Source of the DNA: the human T2T-CHM13v2.0 reference genome, Homo sapiens
Direction: 5' to 3' (one strand)
NCBI RefSeq assembly: GCF_009914755.1
Contig: NC_060948.1
Length of the DNA: 64,000 bases
Shown here: positions 27,044 through 41,384 of the stretch, piece after piece
Position numbering within the stretch: position 1 is the stretch's first letter
Layout: every line of letters begins with the position of its first letter
Made by a program: the position numbers and the translations under genes
The notes under the pieces: model-generated
What the model was told of the DNA's origin: nothing
What the model saw: the letters and a program-made list of their open reading frames with translations, nothing else
Databases searched by the model: none

Positions 27044-29212
27044 GCCTTTTTTTTCCTGGCATAGTTGACTAAGGGAAAACACAAACATGCAGAAGTGAGG
27101 GGAAAGAGGGTGGATTTGTGGAATATAAGATGGTCAGAGGATCCATGCATGGACTTTCCGTCACTTGATGACCCAGAATATGGACACTGTTATTGATATT
27201 TGCATCTTTAGTTGGGCTAAGCTTTACTCCAAGATTATTATTAGGTGAGGAGCCAATAATGTATGTAGCTAACAGCATTACCAGCGCATTTGGAGCTCAT
27301 GCAAACCCTAGTGAGACTCTATTCTCCCCAGTGATTGGCACTGCAGATTGTTTCTGGAGCCCAGGGCCCTTTTATTCTCTGTGGCCTTTTCAGCATACCT
27401 TGCATAAGGTTAAGAATTTAAAGAGTGGGAATGGGGCAGCAGATTGGTGTGTGCACTCAGGGCAACTCAGATTGGGAAATGCATGGGGACTTGCCTACCA
27501 TTAGGTCATTTGAAAATGTCTTGCCGCAAATTTAATGCATAGGAAAAAGTTGAGGAAAGGATCTTGCAATGATTTTTCTAAGAGGTAAATAGATAAGGAA
27601 AATACGGTGAGTAGATGCCAGGTCTAGTTTCGGAGCTAGCCCGTTTTAAACTGGTAGTAGGGGAAGAGCTTTTCCCAAGGCAGGCAGCAAACCAGGAACT
27701 GTCTACAATGGACCGGCATGCCGTGGGCTGGTTACTCCGCCATATTGGCCACTCCAAAGAGTGAACATGGCTGACTGGGCTTCTTCCTCGAATCCTGCAT
27801 GCAGTTCAGTCTAGTGATTTCACATGAGCTCCATTGTTTAGGTATTATCAGAGATCGTGCTGAATTATACAGTCTGTCTAATCCTTCTTCCACTGAATAT
27901 CCATACACATGGGCCACAGATGCTAAGGTCACTGACAAATTTGCATTTGGCCTCAGTAACTCTGAAACACCTCTGTTATTTCTAGTGTCAGGGTCTTGGT
28001 GTTTTTTTCATGTTTAAACTGCCAAGTGTGTGTCTGTATTTGCGTGTTTATTTCTCGATGTGGCTTTGTATTTTTCTCTGACTCCACCTATGTCTCTGTC
28101 TGTCCCTATGTTTCCACACTGCCTGTTTTAATTTGTATACACCTATCTCTACAACTGTGCTAGACTTTGTATCTGTGTCTTTGAACATCTGTCACTGTCT
28201 CTCCCTTCCTTTGTTTCTTTCCTTCCCTTACACCCCTCCTTTCTTCCTTCCCTTCCTTTCCCATGCCCCTCTCTCCATCTGCATCATCTATCTTCCTATC
28301 CTTTATCTGAATTTAGTTTGTAATTCTGAATCTGTTGGCAGTGGCATCAGATTATTATTTTCATATCAGGGTGAAATTCCTCTTATAAAGACTCTCAGCT
28401 GAAGGAGATGAGTTCTTTTTGTGAGACATAATGAACCATTTATTTCAAGCCTATCTAGAAATGACAGTGTTAAAAAAAATAACTCGGCATTACAGCAAAG
28501 CCAAAAGTCACATGGATCCCACTCATCCCAATCAGTATATCCAAAAGGTGGAAAAGAGGAAAAGCGGGTTATGCCTGCGGTCTCCAAAGCAGAGAGAATT
28601 TTCAAGAGATTGTGTCAGATTATTCTCCAGGAGGCAGCTATAGTTCATAGGTATGTGTTGTGTAAACACGAGCGCGATGATGAACCAAAGAAAATGTACT
28701 TATCCCTATGTTTTTCTTTTGTATTATCATTTTAAGAAACATTGTGTATATAGAATTTCTTCATGACATGTCATAAACTATTGTTTAATGAACTCATATC
28801 TAAGTTATTCATTGTGTCAAACAATGTCAAGGAATCATGATTTGTTATGACCTGCTACAGATAGGTGATGTGAAATAGCAAAATGAGAGCATACAGAAAG
28901 GGCAGATCATGGTCTGAGAACCTCACCAAGAGGTTCAGGTGAGCTGAATGCATGTCAGGGATTCAGAAAAAGATATTTGTTATTATGGGCTTTGAAGCCA
29001 AAGGAAGTACTCTTTGTACATTCGTTTAACTCATTTGGGGAGTTTGGTTTATTATTTACACTGTTCTCTTTGCCCTTTCTCATTGTTTTCTCCAACTGGG
29101 GCTGTTACTATGTGAAAGCTGGTTTCTTTCATCAGATCTCATAGGCTCTCATGATGTTTCATTTATTTTTATTCTCCTCACACTACATAGTTTTAGTTTA
29201 CCCAATTTGACT

Positions 29213-29515
29213 CTTTTTTGTTGGTTTGTTTTCTGAGAATGAGTCTTACTCTGTCTCCTAGGTTGGAGAGCAGCACCATGATCTCAGCCCACTGCAGCCT
29301 GGACACCCCACACCCATGTGATCCTCTCAACTCAGACTCTCACATAGCTGGCACTACAGGTGCATGCTACCCCTCCCAGCTACATATTAATTAATTAATT
29401 ACTTTTTAGACATGGGCCCATGTTACCCCAAGTTGGTCTGGAACTCCTGAGTGCAGGCAGTCCTGCCACCTCACCTGTCAAAGTGCTGGGATTACAGGTG
29501 TGACCCAGGGCCCTG
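29213..29515 (-). mobile_element. Old diverged Alu
   Basis: gagtcttactctgtc...caaagtgctgggattacaggtgtga. Confidence 0.75.
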
Positions 29516-29789
29516 GCATGGCTTTTTGAGTTTTTTGCTTTTTTCTTCTGCCTCCTCACATCTTCTTTTGAAACATGCAGTGAAGGTTTCAATTCATAGA
29601 CTATAGTCTCCAAGCCTGTAATTTCTATCTTTCAGTTGATCATCTACATTGGGATTTATTTTTATTTTTATGTATATGTTTTAACTTACCAAACGACATT
29701 GCATTCTTTCCTGTGTCATGAAAAATACATTGATACAGATAGAAAGGAATAGCACTTCTTTATAATACAATACTTTATTGACATTTATT

Positions 29790-31420
29790 CTCTTAAGGTA
29801 TTTAAAATTTTATGTTTATTTTTTTAATTGTCATATGAAATGATACATATTTATAATTTAAGGGGTGACTTTCAAAAGGTCATATGTGTTATGCATGAGA
29901 TACATCCAGCTGATCAGCACATGCATGATCTCACCTACTTGTCATTTTTGAGGTGATAAAACTCGACATGCACTGTCTTAGAATTTTGTAGAGGAAGTAT
30001 GCATTATCACTAGTTATAGTCAGCATGCTGTAGAAAAGTTTTTAACCTATTCCTCCTTTCTAATTAGAAATATGTATTATTGATCCAACATCCTCTTCAC
30101 TAAACACCACCCCACCAGTGGAGTCACTACTGCTGTGAGGTCCGCTTTTTAGATTTCATGTAAGAATGAGGTCATGTGTTATTTGCCTTTCTGATATATG
30201 GCTTATGTCACTTAACAAAATGGCATGCATACATTCAGCAGATTCAGACATACTGTCACAACTGGCTATAGCGAAACTGTAAAAAGTGCAGCAGTAATTG
30301 CATGTGTGCATGCACCGCTTCAACATGCTGATTTGTGTACTTCTGGGTGTGCCCCGGTATTCTGATTTGCTGCATCACATGGTGGGTGGTTCTACTTGTA
30401 GACTTCTGAAGAGCTTTTATACTTAAATAAAAGCCATAAAGTTTCTTGTAATGCCTGCACTAATTTACATTCTCACCAAAAGTGTGCAAGGATTTCCTTT
30501 TCTCTGCATCCTCACCAGAAATGAGGTGGTCTTTTTTTTTGTTTTTTGTTTTTTTTGTCTTTTGGATAATAGGCATTCTGACTGAAGTGAGATGAAATAT
30601 CACTGTGGTTTTTATTTGCATTTTCCTGATGCATTAGGGATGATGAGCGCTTTTTACTGTGTCTTCTGGGCAGCCGTATGTCTTAGTTTCACAAATGACT
30701 ATTCACATCCTTAGTCCATTTGTTTTCATGCTATTGAGTTGTTGGAGTTCCTTATGTACTGTAAATATTCACCCATTAACAGATGTATGGTGATCCAATA
30801 ATTTTTCCCATCCTATAAGATGTCCCTTCCCTCTGTTTAGTTTCCTGTGGTGTGCTGAAGCACTTTAGATTGATATAACCCTATTCTCTATTTTTCATAG
30901 TGTTTACTTTGCTCTTGAAGTCACTTTGAGACCATCATTGCCCATACCAATGTCATGGAGCTTCTTCCTTGTGTTTTATTCTGGTATTTTTATCATTTTA
31001 GGTCTGACATTGGAGTTTGGTGAGAAATAATCTACTTTTAAAATCCTTTATGTGGACATTCAGGTTTTACCCAACCTAGTTTATAGAAGATATTCGATTT
31101 TCCATTGGGTGTTCTTGCTTCTTTGGGAAAACGTCGTGAGCTGCAAACGCAGTGAGTTAGTTCTGGGCCCTGATTGTTTTTAATAAGCTCATGTCTCTCC
31201 TTTTCTGTCAGTATTGTTCTATTTTGGTACGTAAAACTTTGTTATATATTGTGAAGTTAGGTAGTGTGATACCTCGAGATTTGTGCTTTTTACTGGATTG
31301 CTCTGGTTCTTCAGGATCCTCTGCCATTTCATAGCAAATGGAGGATTCTCAGATTGTTTTTCTATGAAGAATGGGTCATTGATATTTTTACAGGGGTTGT
31401 ATAGAATCTGTAGATCACTT
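29790..31420 (-). mobile_element. Old L1 (L1M-type) 3' UTR / ORF2-end fragment
   Basis: Antisense L1 hallmarks (taatttacattctcaccaaaagtgtgcaaggatttccttttctctgcatcctcacc; gttatatattgtgaagttaggtagtgtgatacctc; gtatagaatctgtagatcactt). Confidence 0.8.
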
Positions 31421-31483
31421 AGGTAGTGATGATGTCAATCACATTTAGACAATGTGTGTCTGTGTGCACAGGCTCAGGGCCAA

Positions 31484-32920
31484 GAGACACTGGGTGTCAT
31501 CACCAATAGTGAGATGGGCCTTAATGTCCAGCCAGATTTCCTTCCTGGACACACACAGAAGGTCCCCTTCCATTTTGCCATCTCTTCACATTTCCTCCCC
31601 AGTGAACCCTGTGTGGTCCTCCAGATTGCCTGTGTGATGGCCTGTCTTTTCTGAGGGTGGGCAGGGGCTGAGTGAATGAGCATGGCAGAGGGGCAAAAGC
31701 ATGTCAGCAGAGCCTGGAATCATCGAAACGGAACTTGACAGACCTGGGAGAGCCATTCTGGGAGGGTGTAGACCGAGACAGACCTCAGGTGGGCAACTGT
31801 GTGGAGGGTGAGAGCACCCTGGTTGAGTTCAAACTGAGCCTCAGGTGGTAGCAGGCCTCAGGGCAGGGAAGCGAGATTACAAGGGATAATGAGGCAGCTA
31901 TCCCTTGAGCCTGGCTTCTCACCCATTGACCTTAGTTACTTATGCCTCTTAAGCAGCTTAGGGTTCCCCAATCCTGAAATGTGGGTACTACAGTTCCCTG
32001 ATGGGCCTTTCTCCCCCAGCCCATGCATGGTCTGAGTATGCTTACCGCAGTCTCCTCCCTGAGCCTTGGCTTCACTATGTGTCCTAGCTCCAGGACCCAC
32101 AGGCCTCTCATCCCCCAGCCCTGGGCTGCTCCCCAGCCTCCTCTCTGTTCCCTCTCTGAGGGCCTAACTCCCTTGGGTAGTGCTGCATGAGATTGAGCCA
32201 CGGGCCCTGGCTGATGATCTGGGGGACTGGGCAAAGTGGTCATGACAGGTCAGGTTCTGGTTCAAAGCCAATTCCTCCGACACCAAGCAATGACCAGCAA
32301 GGTCCTTTCCCATGATGCCCCACCGCCACCCCACCTCAGCAACCCTTCATACCCTGGGCAGTCACCATCAGCCAACCAGCTGAAGAAACTCAGTTAGGTG
32401 TATCCTGCCTGAAACTGGGGCCTTCACTTGCATAACCCTAGAACCACTGGACACAGTGGAGCCAGTCACCCTCTATCCTGGAGCGAGAGGAGTTGGGAAG
32501 GCTCATGCCAAACCTAGCTTCCCACATACCACCCCCTCTACCATGCGGGGAGGCACTCCTTATTGAGAATTCCAATGCAGTACTCCTTAATGATCACTTC
32601 GTTGCAGAAGTAAATGTTGCGATGAAAGGCAAACTTCATCCTTCCACCAGTACTCAGGATGGCTGAGTTCCTCCACCTGCCTGTCCAAGAAGGAGAAAGA
32701 GGATAGTCAAGGGACAGTTTCATCTAGGTGGGCTGAGGTGGCCTGCTAGCTGGGGTGAAGCATGTGTTTCCCCTTCCCAGCTCTCCCACTGAGACACCCC
32801 CATGCTCCAGGAGGACCTCAACCTGACCAGGACCTTGGAACCCTCCCCAAGACCCAGGCTTCCCATCCTGACCTGCAAATCCATCATGTGGCTTTGCAGG
32901 ACTTCCTCATGGTTTCTGAG
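31484..32920 (-). pseudogene. Second copy of the divergent TSPY-like 3' exons (paralogue of 19553-21045)
   Basis: Colinear similarity to 19553-21045; ORF 32538-32723 contains FHRNIYFCNEVIIKEYCIGIL; no exon 1. Confidence 0.8.
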
Positions 32921-35824
32921 CTACTTGCTCTCACCAGAAATAACCATAACTTTTAAACTGTTCTTTATGTCAAATTAAATTTTTCATTTTTACTACCTCA
33001 TGTGTTGGATGAGGCACATATTTTTAAATTTATTTTCACCCTTATTGTACCTCTGTGATAAACAGTTTACTAACATTCATACCATAATTATCTTTCAGTT
33101 TTACTTGTCTGTTCCTAAAGATTCACTGACACTAAGAATTCTATTTATGCTTGTCTCTTTCAGCAACCATATGTCAGATAATGATGCATATTACTGCAGA
33201 AATCACATATACAGGTCCAAAGGGAGATGAAGAAGAAGAAAGTAAGCTTTAAAGTCCATACATTCCGCATACTGCATCAGAATCATAGTGAAATCAAAGA
33301 ATGATCACAGTCAATTCCATCTCATATCTACACTAAAATGTGAAACTTCAAAAGAAAAGAAAGTTAAGAACTTTTGGCTTGTAAAAATTTTCCTATATAT
33401 ATAAAATTATTGGTAACCCTATCTCACTAGAAAATATAAATAAAAATCCATGTTTTGTATATGTGTAAATATAAATATTTTTATTTCCATCAGTTATGAC
33501 ACACAAGCAAGTAGTAAAGCAAAAGTACAATACAATGATATATAGAAATTTCTGTCTCAAAATATTCAGTTGAGACTACTAATATTATGAAAACCATAAA
33601 GAATGCTTCATGAAACTACATTATACATTACTTTTTAGTATATTAGTTATGTTTTAAATAAACGGCAAATTAAAGGGAATTCTTCAACATTATTTATTAC
33701 TAGTACCGTTTATGTACTTGAGTAATCCTTTTGAAATTAAGTATTTAAATAAAACATTAAAAACAAATTATATTTACTGATTTCAGCTTTTGATGAAATC
33801 ATGTCTGTTTGTAGTAATGTGAAGTATAACTTTCTCCCCACAATTAATCTTTTATGACACCCTTGTTATTGTTTGCTCTGATACAAACACTGTGATATCT
33901 CATGGCTTTAATGTACCATATATTACATGCCTCCAGAGAGTAGGCTTCAGACAGTTGGAAAAATTACATTTGTGACAAAATTCTAGGAAAGAATGGTAAA
34001 ATGGGAGAATAATTTCTAATTGTTGGTTAATGGATTTGTATATATTTAGATATAGACACATATTTGCACATGGCAAGTTTGCATATGTACATATAAATTT
34101 ATATGACATACACGTAATATATGGCTTGTGCAATCTTTTAATTCACAATTTTATATGTTTGAAATTTGATAAGCGGTTACCTTAGCTATACTCAATTTGA
34201 TGGAAAGCCAACACAATCTCTGTGAACATTCATTTTAATTAATCCAATAATGTTAACTGCTGATAGCTTCATTCTCCTTGTTAGTTGTTGGCAACCGGAA
34301 GGTTGATTCTCACTCTAATTACCTCTCAGGGTGAGATCCACAAGAGACTGTCACCTTGCTGTGCGTTGTGACCTCTGACTCCTCCTCTTTTTTCCTATAG
34401 CAGTCTTACCATTGCATATTTAATAAACTTTGTACATGGTTAAAAGGATAAAAGTTTAGTGAAATATCAAGCCATGCTGTCAAATGTTCCATTGTTTCTA
34501 TATCTCTAATTGACCTTTCATATTATAGAGGACAAGAAAAATAATTTAGTAGGTTTCTTAGTATCCAGTCCAGTGCACTGTTTCTTACTAATACGCCAAA
34601 ACCATCCCTTCAAGGCACAGACATTTAAACACAGCTGGACATCTCAAAATCTCTTCTCATTAATAACCAGGATGTTAATCACTGTTGCCCAGAACTGGAA
34701 TCTGACTGTGAAATCCCTGGGTGGAAATTGCTCTAATATCTCAAACTATGGGAATGACTATTTCTCGGCATAATTACTGCTGCCATCTTGCTGAAACATA
34801 TCACATTAGATGGCACCTTTTAGTTACATAAATCCTGTTATTAATTTTTAATGTCTCACATTTATATGATATTGCACAAGTAAAGAACTTTGATAACTTA
34901 AATGGTTAACTGAGCAATGGTTAACTAAAACAACTCACAGGAATTCAGACATTCATTTACTTACTAGGAGTTCCATACATCATTAACTTCTGATTAAAAC
35001 AAAGTTGGGAAATTGGTTACTAAAGTATGTATTTCAGGGTATTTTAAGAAACTACCCATGCCATATAGGATGCCTCACCTGCAGGGATAAAGCTTTAGCA
35101 TAAATGTTTGAAAGCAAAAAAAATCTGAACAATACTGGCAACATGGCATCCCAATCGTGTGATCAAGTGCATATTTGTGCATCTAAGGAGGCAACTTAAA
35201 TGATGTATAATAATACCATCTTCATCCACCCCAGTACCTCTTTTATTTAAAACTAACAAATGTTTCACTATTTGCAAGAAAAAAATGAGTTCTTACTCTT
35301 TTGTGTAATTGGTATTTCTACTGAGTTGTTTTAATCTTCCTATGAACTGTGAATGCTTACTAACTTTATCGGTAAAGTGAGAATGCAACTGTACTTAGCT
35401 CGTAATACTATACTGAGATAATATGACTCAAGAAATATAGATTTGCCTAGATAACACCTGGGATGTACTAAGCAACACATAATTCTTCTCATATCAATTG
35501 CCTATCATAATTCTTCAAATATATGGCCATAATAAAAATACAGGTGTTTTATATATAAAATAAATGTCTTTTGTCCTTAATATCTCTCTACATTTGCCTT
35601 CATAACCTCAACACAAAACACCCAGGGAATCCGTTTTCAGCTGAGCTGACTAGCAGTTATTAGGGTTTAAACAAACAGAATAAAGATTTCAAAAGTAGAT
35701 GACTAGATACAAGAAATCACACTTTTACCATAAAAATAATTTTTCTCAAGCTACTGCAACTGCAAACTTGAAAAAAAATTAAGTCTAACATATTGCAGCA
35801 TTCTAAAATCTAAAATTTCCTCTT

Positions 35825-36117
35825 TGAGATCCAGTGGTTCATGCCTGGAATCCCAGCTTTTTTGGTGGCTGAGAAGGGAGGACTCTTTGAAGCCCAGAGT
35901 TGGAGACCAGCCTAGGCAACCTAGTAAGACCTAACTCTACAAAAGTAATTAATTAATTAATTAATTAATTAGGGCATTATGACACACATCTGTTGTTCTA
36001 GTTAGGAGCTCAAGGTTGCAGTGGGCACTGATGGCACACTGCACTTCAGCCTGGGCCACAGGGCAAGAATTTGTCTCTAAAAAAATACAATAAAACAAAA
36101 CAAAACAAAACAAAAAC
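35825..36117 (+). mobile_element. Old diverged Alu (J-like)
   Basis: gtggttcatgcctggaatcccagc...tgcacttcagcctggg, with an (aaaac)n tail. Confidence 0.75.
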
Positions 36118-37031
36118 ACTTTCAGGTGTTTTTTGGAAGTTTGTATAATTGCTCCAAAAGCATAGACATTGTTTAAAGTTGAGCAGTTCATGAGGAATGG
36201 GCAGAGAAAATTGTTTATATTTTTTTCCAAAAATCAGGATAAATGTCAGAATATTATGTATAAATATCTAATAATCCTTTGTAAAATAAATACTGACAAA
36301 TGTCAAGCCATTATCTTTATAGTCTTTTCCTTCAAAACATTCATAGCTTAATTGGAGAATGAAGAGAAGAACAATAATTGCAATGTACTGTGACAAGTGT
36401 TACAACATATTTAGTAACTTAGTAGGAGAGGAAGAAAGTTCTTAACTGGGTTTAGAGGGGTTTTGGGAACCTTCTTAGGGTAGGAACAATCTACTAGATC
36501 TGTAAGAATACAAATTTGCAAGAAGAATGTTTGGGGTAAAAACACTGTGGGAGAAAAGAAATATTTTTTCTGTCAATGATAGAAGCACTAACAGACCATA
36601 TGATGCCATCCGCCCAAATATTAGACCATACTAGCTCAATAAATATTTCTTGAATGAATCAATGAATGAAAGATATTGGGAAAGGGTCCTGGAAGGGATT
36701 TTAAAAATCCTAAAGGGAAAAGTAAATACCCTTGACGTTACAATTTTGCCATTTTTGCTTTGTGTCCTTGTTATGATTACTACTGCATAAGCTCTGATTT
36801 ACTTTTTTCAGTCTTCACAAATATCATGCATGAATAGTTCCTCATACTACTCCTCTCTTGATCCTCTGATATTATATTTTTCTCTGATATTCCTTTGTGT
36901 GTGCTGGGTTTATATGCCCATAAATACATCAATCGCTCTCATGGCACTGTTTGGTAATAGAGAGGCCTAGCCCCTGGGAGACGTGGTTCCTAGGCTCCCA
37001 TAAAAATTACTTCCTGTTTCAGTTCAGTCGT

Positions 37032-37144
37032 GGGGTGACACTGCAGAGATTAGAGAACAAGAAGAGGAGATAAGTCAGTTTGTGTCCAGGGGAGACACTG
37101 CAGAGTTTGGAGAACAAGAAGAGGAGAGAAGCCAGTTTGTGTCC
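37032..37144. repeat. 57-bp tandem duplication
   Basis: gggg(t/a)gacactgcagag...gaacaagaagaggag...cagtttgtgtcc occurs twice. Confidence 0.85.
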
Positions 37145-37316
37145 CTCTCCTTCTCTGTAGGGAATATGTTTCCGCAGTGATTCCATGGCCTGCAGGAGAA
37201 GCTCTCTGTGTTTCCATTTCCTATACCCTAACCCTAGACTCTTCTAATGCCATTTCCTCCAATAGTCTTCTCTAAAGAATTTGGGTATTACTATTGGAGA
37301 TTTAAATTAAAACTAT

Positions 37317-38067
37317 TGATATGGAAGGGAAGGCAGGCAAGTGCTGGGTAGAGCACGGCCTGGTCCTTGGCTAGGGCTCCACCCTCAGGCCTGTGCTCAC
37401 TGACCTAGGTGAGGACGCGCACTTCTGTTTTCTTGCCCAAATGTTGCATTTCCGAAGACCACCCTGGCCTGCCACACCTCCATCCTGTGATAAAAGAAAC
37501 CCCGAGACCCCAGTAGGCATTGACACAGCAGCTGGGCGTCGAGAGGAACCATCAGCAGAAAAAGACACAGCAACTGGACCTCGAGAAGACACTGGAGGAA
37601 GAAGAGCACAAAGACAGAGGCGGCAGACAATCCACCGCAGAAGAACACGGAGTTCTGCCCGGCTGTGGAAGGACAGTCCTAAGCTGCCTCATTCCAAGGG
37701 AAACCACTTTCCTGCTCCATTTCCCTTCTGGGTCCCCATCTGTCTGTTGAGAACTTCCACTCAATGAAACCTGCACTTATTCTCTAAGCCCACGTGTGAA
37801 CCATTTCTTCAGGTTCACCAAGGCAAGAAACCCCTGAATTGAGATAGCTCTCTGTCTTTCCAGTAAGACAGGGTGTCTGATGGAGCTGACTAACACAAGC
37901 CACCTACAGATGGATAAACTAAAACAACACCGTGTAACACATGACCGCTGGGGATTCTGGAGCTGTGAACATTTATCCCTAGATACTGCCTGGGATCAGA
38001 GCCCCACAACCTGTCCTCATTGCACGCCCAGTGGGGGAGGGGAGACAAGGGACGTTTTCTCATTTCA
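37317..38067 (+). mobile_element. Solo ERV1 LTR (LTR1-family-like)
   Basis: TGATA...TTTCA termini; ctagggctccaccc/gacctaggtgaggac/cccaaatgttgcatttc motifs recalled for LTR1; imperfect 4-bp TSD ctat/atat. Confidence 0.72.
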
Positions 38068-41000
38068 ATATGAGTCTGTTTCCAATGCAGCGTGCTTTCT
38101 ATAATCCTGCAGTATTACCTCATTGCATATATTTGACAAAATAAGTTACAAACTATAAGTAATGTGAGAAGAAAATAAATGCTGGAGAATAAGGAAAACA
38201 ATGAAACTTTGTGTCAGTAAGGAATGTTTTTTACTTCATACAACAGAAAAAGTAAACATGAATTAAACCAACAGGGATTTCTAGTTTTCACTTGTGAAGT
38301 AGCCATAGTTAGAGAGTTGCTGCCTTTAATCAGTTGCTCTGCTGCATGGTAGTAGCAGAGAATTTTTTGGCTTTCTCTAAGGTGAAATCTAGCTGAAATT
38401 CAACACCATGCTGGCTCCAGTTGTTCCTAGCCAGCTTTGCCCACACCCTGGTTTTCCACAGTCTTATCAAGTCCTAGTTTATGCAGCTATTTTAATAGTG
38501 TATTTTTGTTAGTCATGTGAAACAGCTGCCTGAGATTTTCTATGCTCCTGCAGTCACCTAGTATTTTTCCTGTCTCAAATTACGTGCCTTGCTCACTTTT
38601 TTCCTCAGGACACTATAGGATGTTCCTTAGTTAATTTTTTTTAAAGAGAATTGTTACACCAGTTTCATTTCCCTCAAATACTTCTGAGAATTTCTGAGAA
38701 ACTTACACAAGTCTCAGCTAAACACCTGGCACTAGACCACTGCCCATTCAGCTGCCTGTTACTGACTTCTTTCGTTGGATAAGATTCCCCCGGCAGCAAC
38801 TGCCTGTGTCCTCCCACCTCCACTTGGTGTCCTTTAGACCAACATCTAATGTTTTAACTCTTAGATATAGCATAAAGCGTTTATAGGATACAAAACAACA
38901 ATCAGATACAAAAGATTGAGTCATTCTTTTTTAAACTCTTATTTTACTTTATAGTTTGTCTTATCGGAAATTAGAGACCCAGAGAGTAGAAACAGTGCTT
39001 CCTCTTCATCTACCCTAATGCATCTCAAACGTGTCTCATGACTTGCTTTGTATGAGATGTCCATGTATGAGTTCCCATAAAATGTTGCATAATTTATACA
39101 TGCAAATGGTCCTACAAAACATTACTAATTTTTAAAGATAAATCCACATTCAAAAGTAAAGATTTTCAAAACCAGAAATAATTTACAGAAATGCTACATA
39201 TTGTAGCATAATTATCATAATGTGGAAATGGAAATTCAGACAAGCTTTCACATTGTTACTGAGAGTACTTTTTCTTGAAGACCTATAGTTCTGGCTATCT
39301 GCGTTCCAGGAATATTTTTATTATTTTTTAACCACCTCATAACCAAATGGCCCACAAGGTTAGATTTTTCATGATAGAGTGTTTGACTAAAGAGTCAAAA
39401 GCTCTTGCAACAGAGAACATCCTTAGCAATTAGTTGACCAAAGTCTCAAAGTTCCCAAGGCCAATCCTTAGGGTTCAATCTCAGACTGTCACAGTGTTTT
39501 CTGTAGAACACTGGCTTTAAGTAGGCAGCAATTTTCACATTTATAATCTATTGGTGGAAAGTCTGGTCCTAAAGTAAGAGTAGCAGATGTAACTCTCCTT
39601 TCATGACAAGTTTGACACTCAGGAGATGATAAACTTATAGGAAAAAAATGGCTTTCTCCATTTTCCAGATGAAATTAGAGTAAATATATGAACAATATTT
39701 CAAAACATTCTAGAAAAAATTAAAGAAGAATATATTAGAAAACAAAACTTTAGCCAGTATCAGTCTTTGACAACAAAGTTAACCATTTTACCTATACAGT
39801 ATAAATGTATTTACAAATAAAGCGTATGCAGAGGGAGATGTTTCTTGCATTGTATAAACTTTCTCCAGTCATATCCTAGGCACTCGTTTAAAATAGGTCA
39901 TTGATTGAGTTACAACTATAACCTTAATGCAAATAATACAGTAGAAAGTTTTTTAAAACAGAACACATGTACACATTTGTTGGTCTTCCAGTTGTACTGT
40001 TTCTTTTGTATGCATGTGTGTATGTCTATGTAATTTTATATAGTTATAGAGAATTGATTTCATGCAAGTAATTCGAAAGTAACCAGATTTCCTTTGTAAT
40101 AAAAAGGAAAATGATTAATTGAAATTTTAGTTGAAGAGTAAAACTGTGTAAGAATTTATCCTTCTCAGGGAAAAGAAGTGTTGTGCTTTGCAGACTGAAA
40201 GAGTTCTTTCCTGAGTAAGCCAGTGTTGGTATTTACTGCAGAAATAGATTTGTTTTCGTAGACCCCTGTAGCCAGCTACCTGCAGAGAAGGAAATCCTGC
40301 TACAGAGAATTATAAATAGAATAGTTAAATATTCTTTCATTTGGGTGAAGCTTTCACATATGATATTCTTTTATATTCAGCATAATTATAAGCATTTAGT
40401 TTTAATGCACTTTCCAAAAAACTAAATTTATTATAAAAATTAACAAGATAATTGTATATCCCTCATTTAAAATTTTTAGCCTATTCAAATCTAAGAAGTC
40501 CACTCTGGAATACATGAAAATAAGATATGAAATGAATAAGAAAAGAAAATACAGCAGAATGTACCAGATGTTTTTCATGTGTTGGATGTACATATGTCTG
40601 TTAGCTTTTAGTGGCAGACAGAGTGCAGTCTACATAATTTTATTCATAGTAGATGCCTATGCATCATATAGTCACAGATAAATATTATTTCTCTGAAGAT
40701 TTAAATAGAAAGCTAGGAAAACACACCACGGCACATATGCTGAATTACATTTAAGCAAAAGTGAATTATACAGTTAAATGATATCTTCAAGGAGCTTCTG
40801 ATGACTCTCTCACTCAGTAGTTTAGGGATTAATTAAAGTTCCTAGGCTCTTTCAAACTTAGAAACACTGTGTAAGTGCTATGCATTATCATGGTAAAACG
40901 AGAGTGAAGCATAAGTGATTTGCAGCCTCACAGGCTCTTTGAAATGTGTGTCTAGCCTGATGGACAGTTTTTACCAACAGTGTTGGAAAGTGCTTATCAG

Positions 41001-41384
41001 ATTTGAAGATGAAATTTGCTCCATTAAAATTGTGCTAATCTGCCAAAGCAATCTTTGTTCTATATATATGTAGAGTGATGTTTCTCAAAATAGAAGAAAA
41101 CTTGGAATATGATTTCAAAGGTAATGTAATAAGGTAGAATTTTGACATCAGTTGTAACTTGTCTATTCTCGTTTCATTGACTCAGCTGTTGCTCTTTTAA
41201 TTAGTGCAACTAAAGTCTAGTTAATTTGCATAAAGGTAGCCATCCCATTTTTATACTTTTAAAGACACTCAGGAGACTTTTCACTGTTTCCATAAAGCTT
41301 ATATAGATTTTATTAGCATGTTTCAATTATGTAGCACTGCAATAATGTCAATTCTATAATGTAATATATCATTTCCTTTAATAA

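Noticed and set aside
37371-38104. ORFs up to 124 aa
   Set aside because: They lie within the solo LTR, which is non-coding repeat sequence.
38707-39510. Two exon-like minus-strand segments (open frame CWSKGHQVEVGG...; RAFDSLVKHSI resembling a LINE RT motif)
   Set aside because: No convincing protein match, and stops in the second; could be chance or an ancient L2/CR1 remnant.
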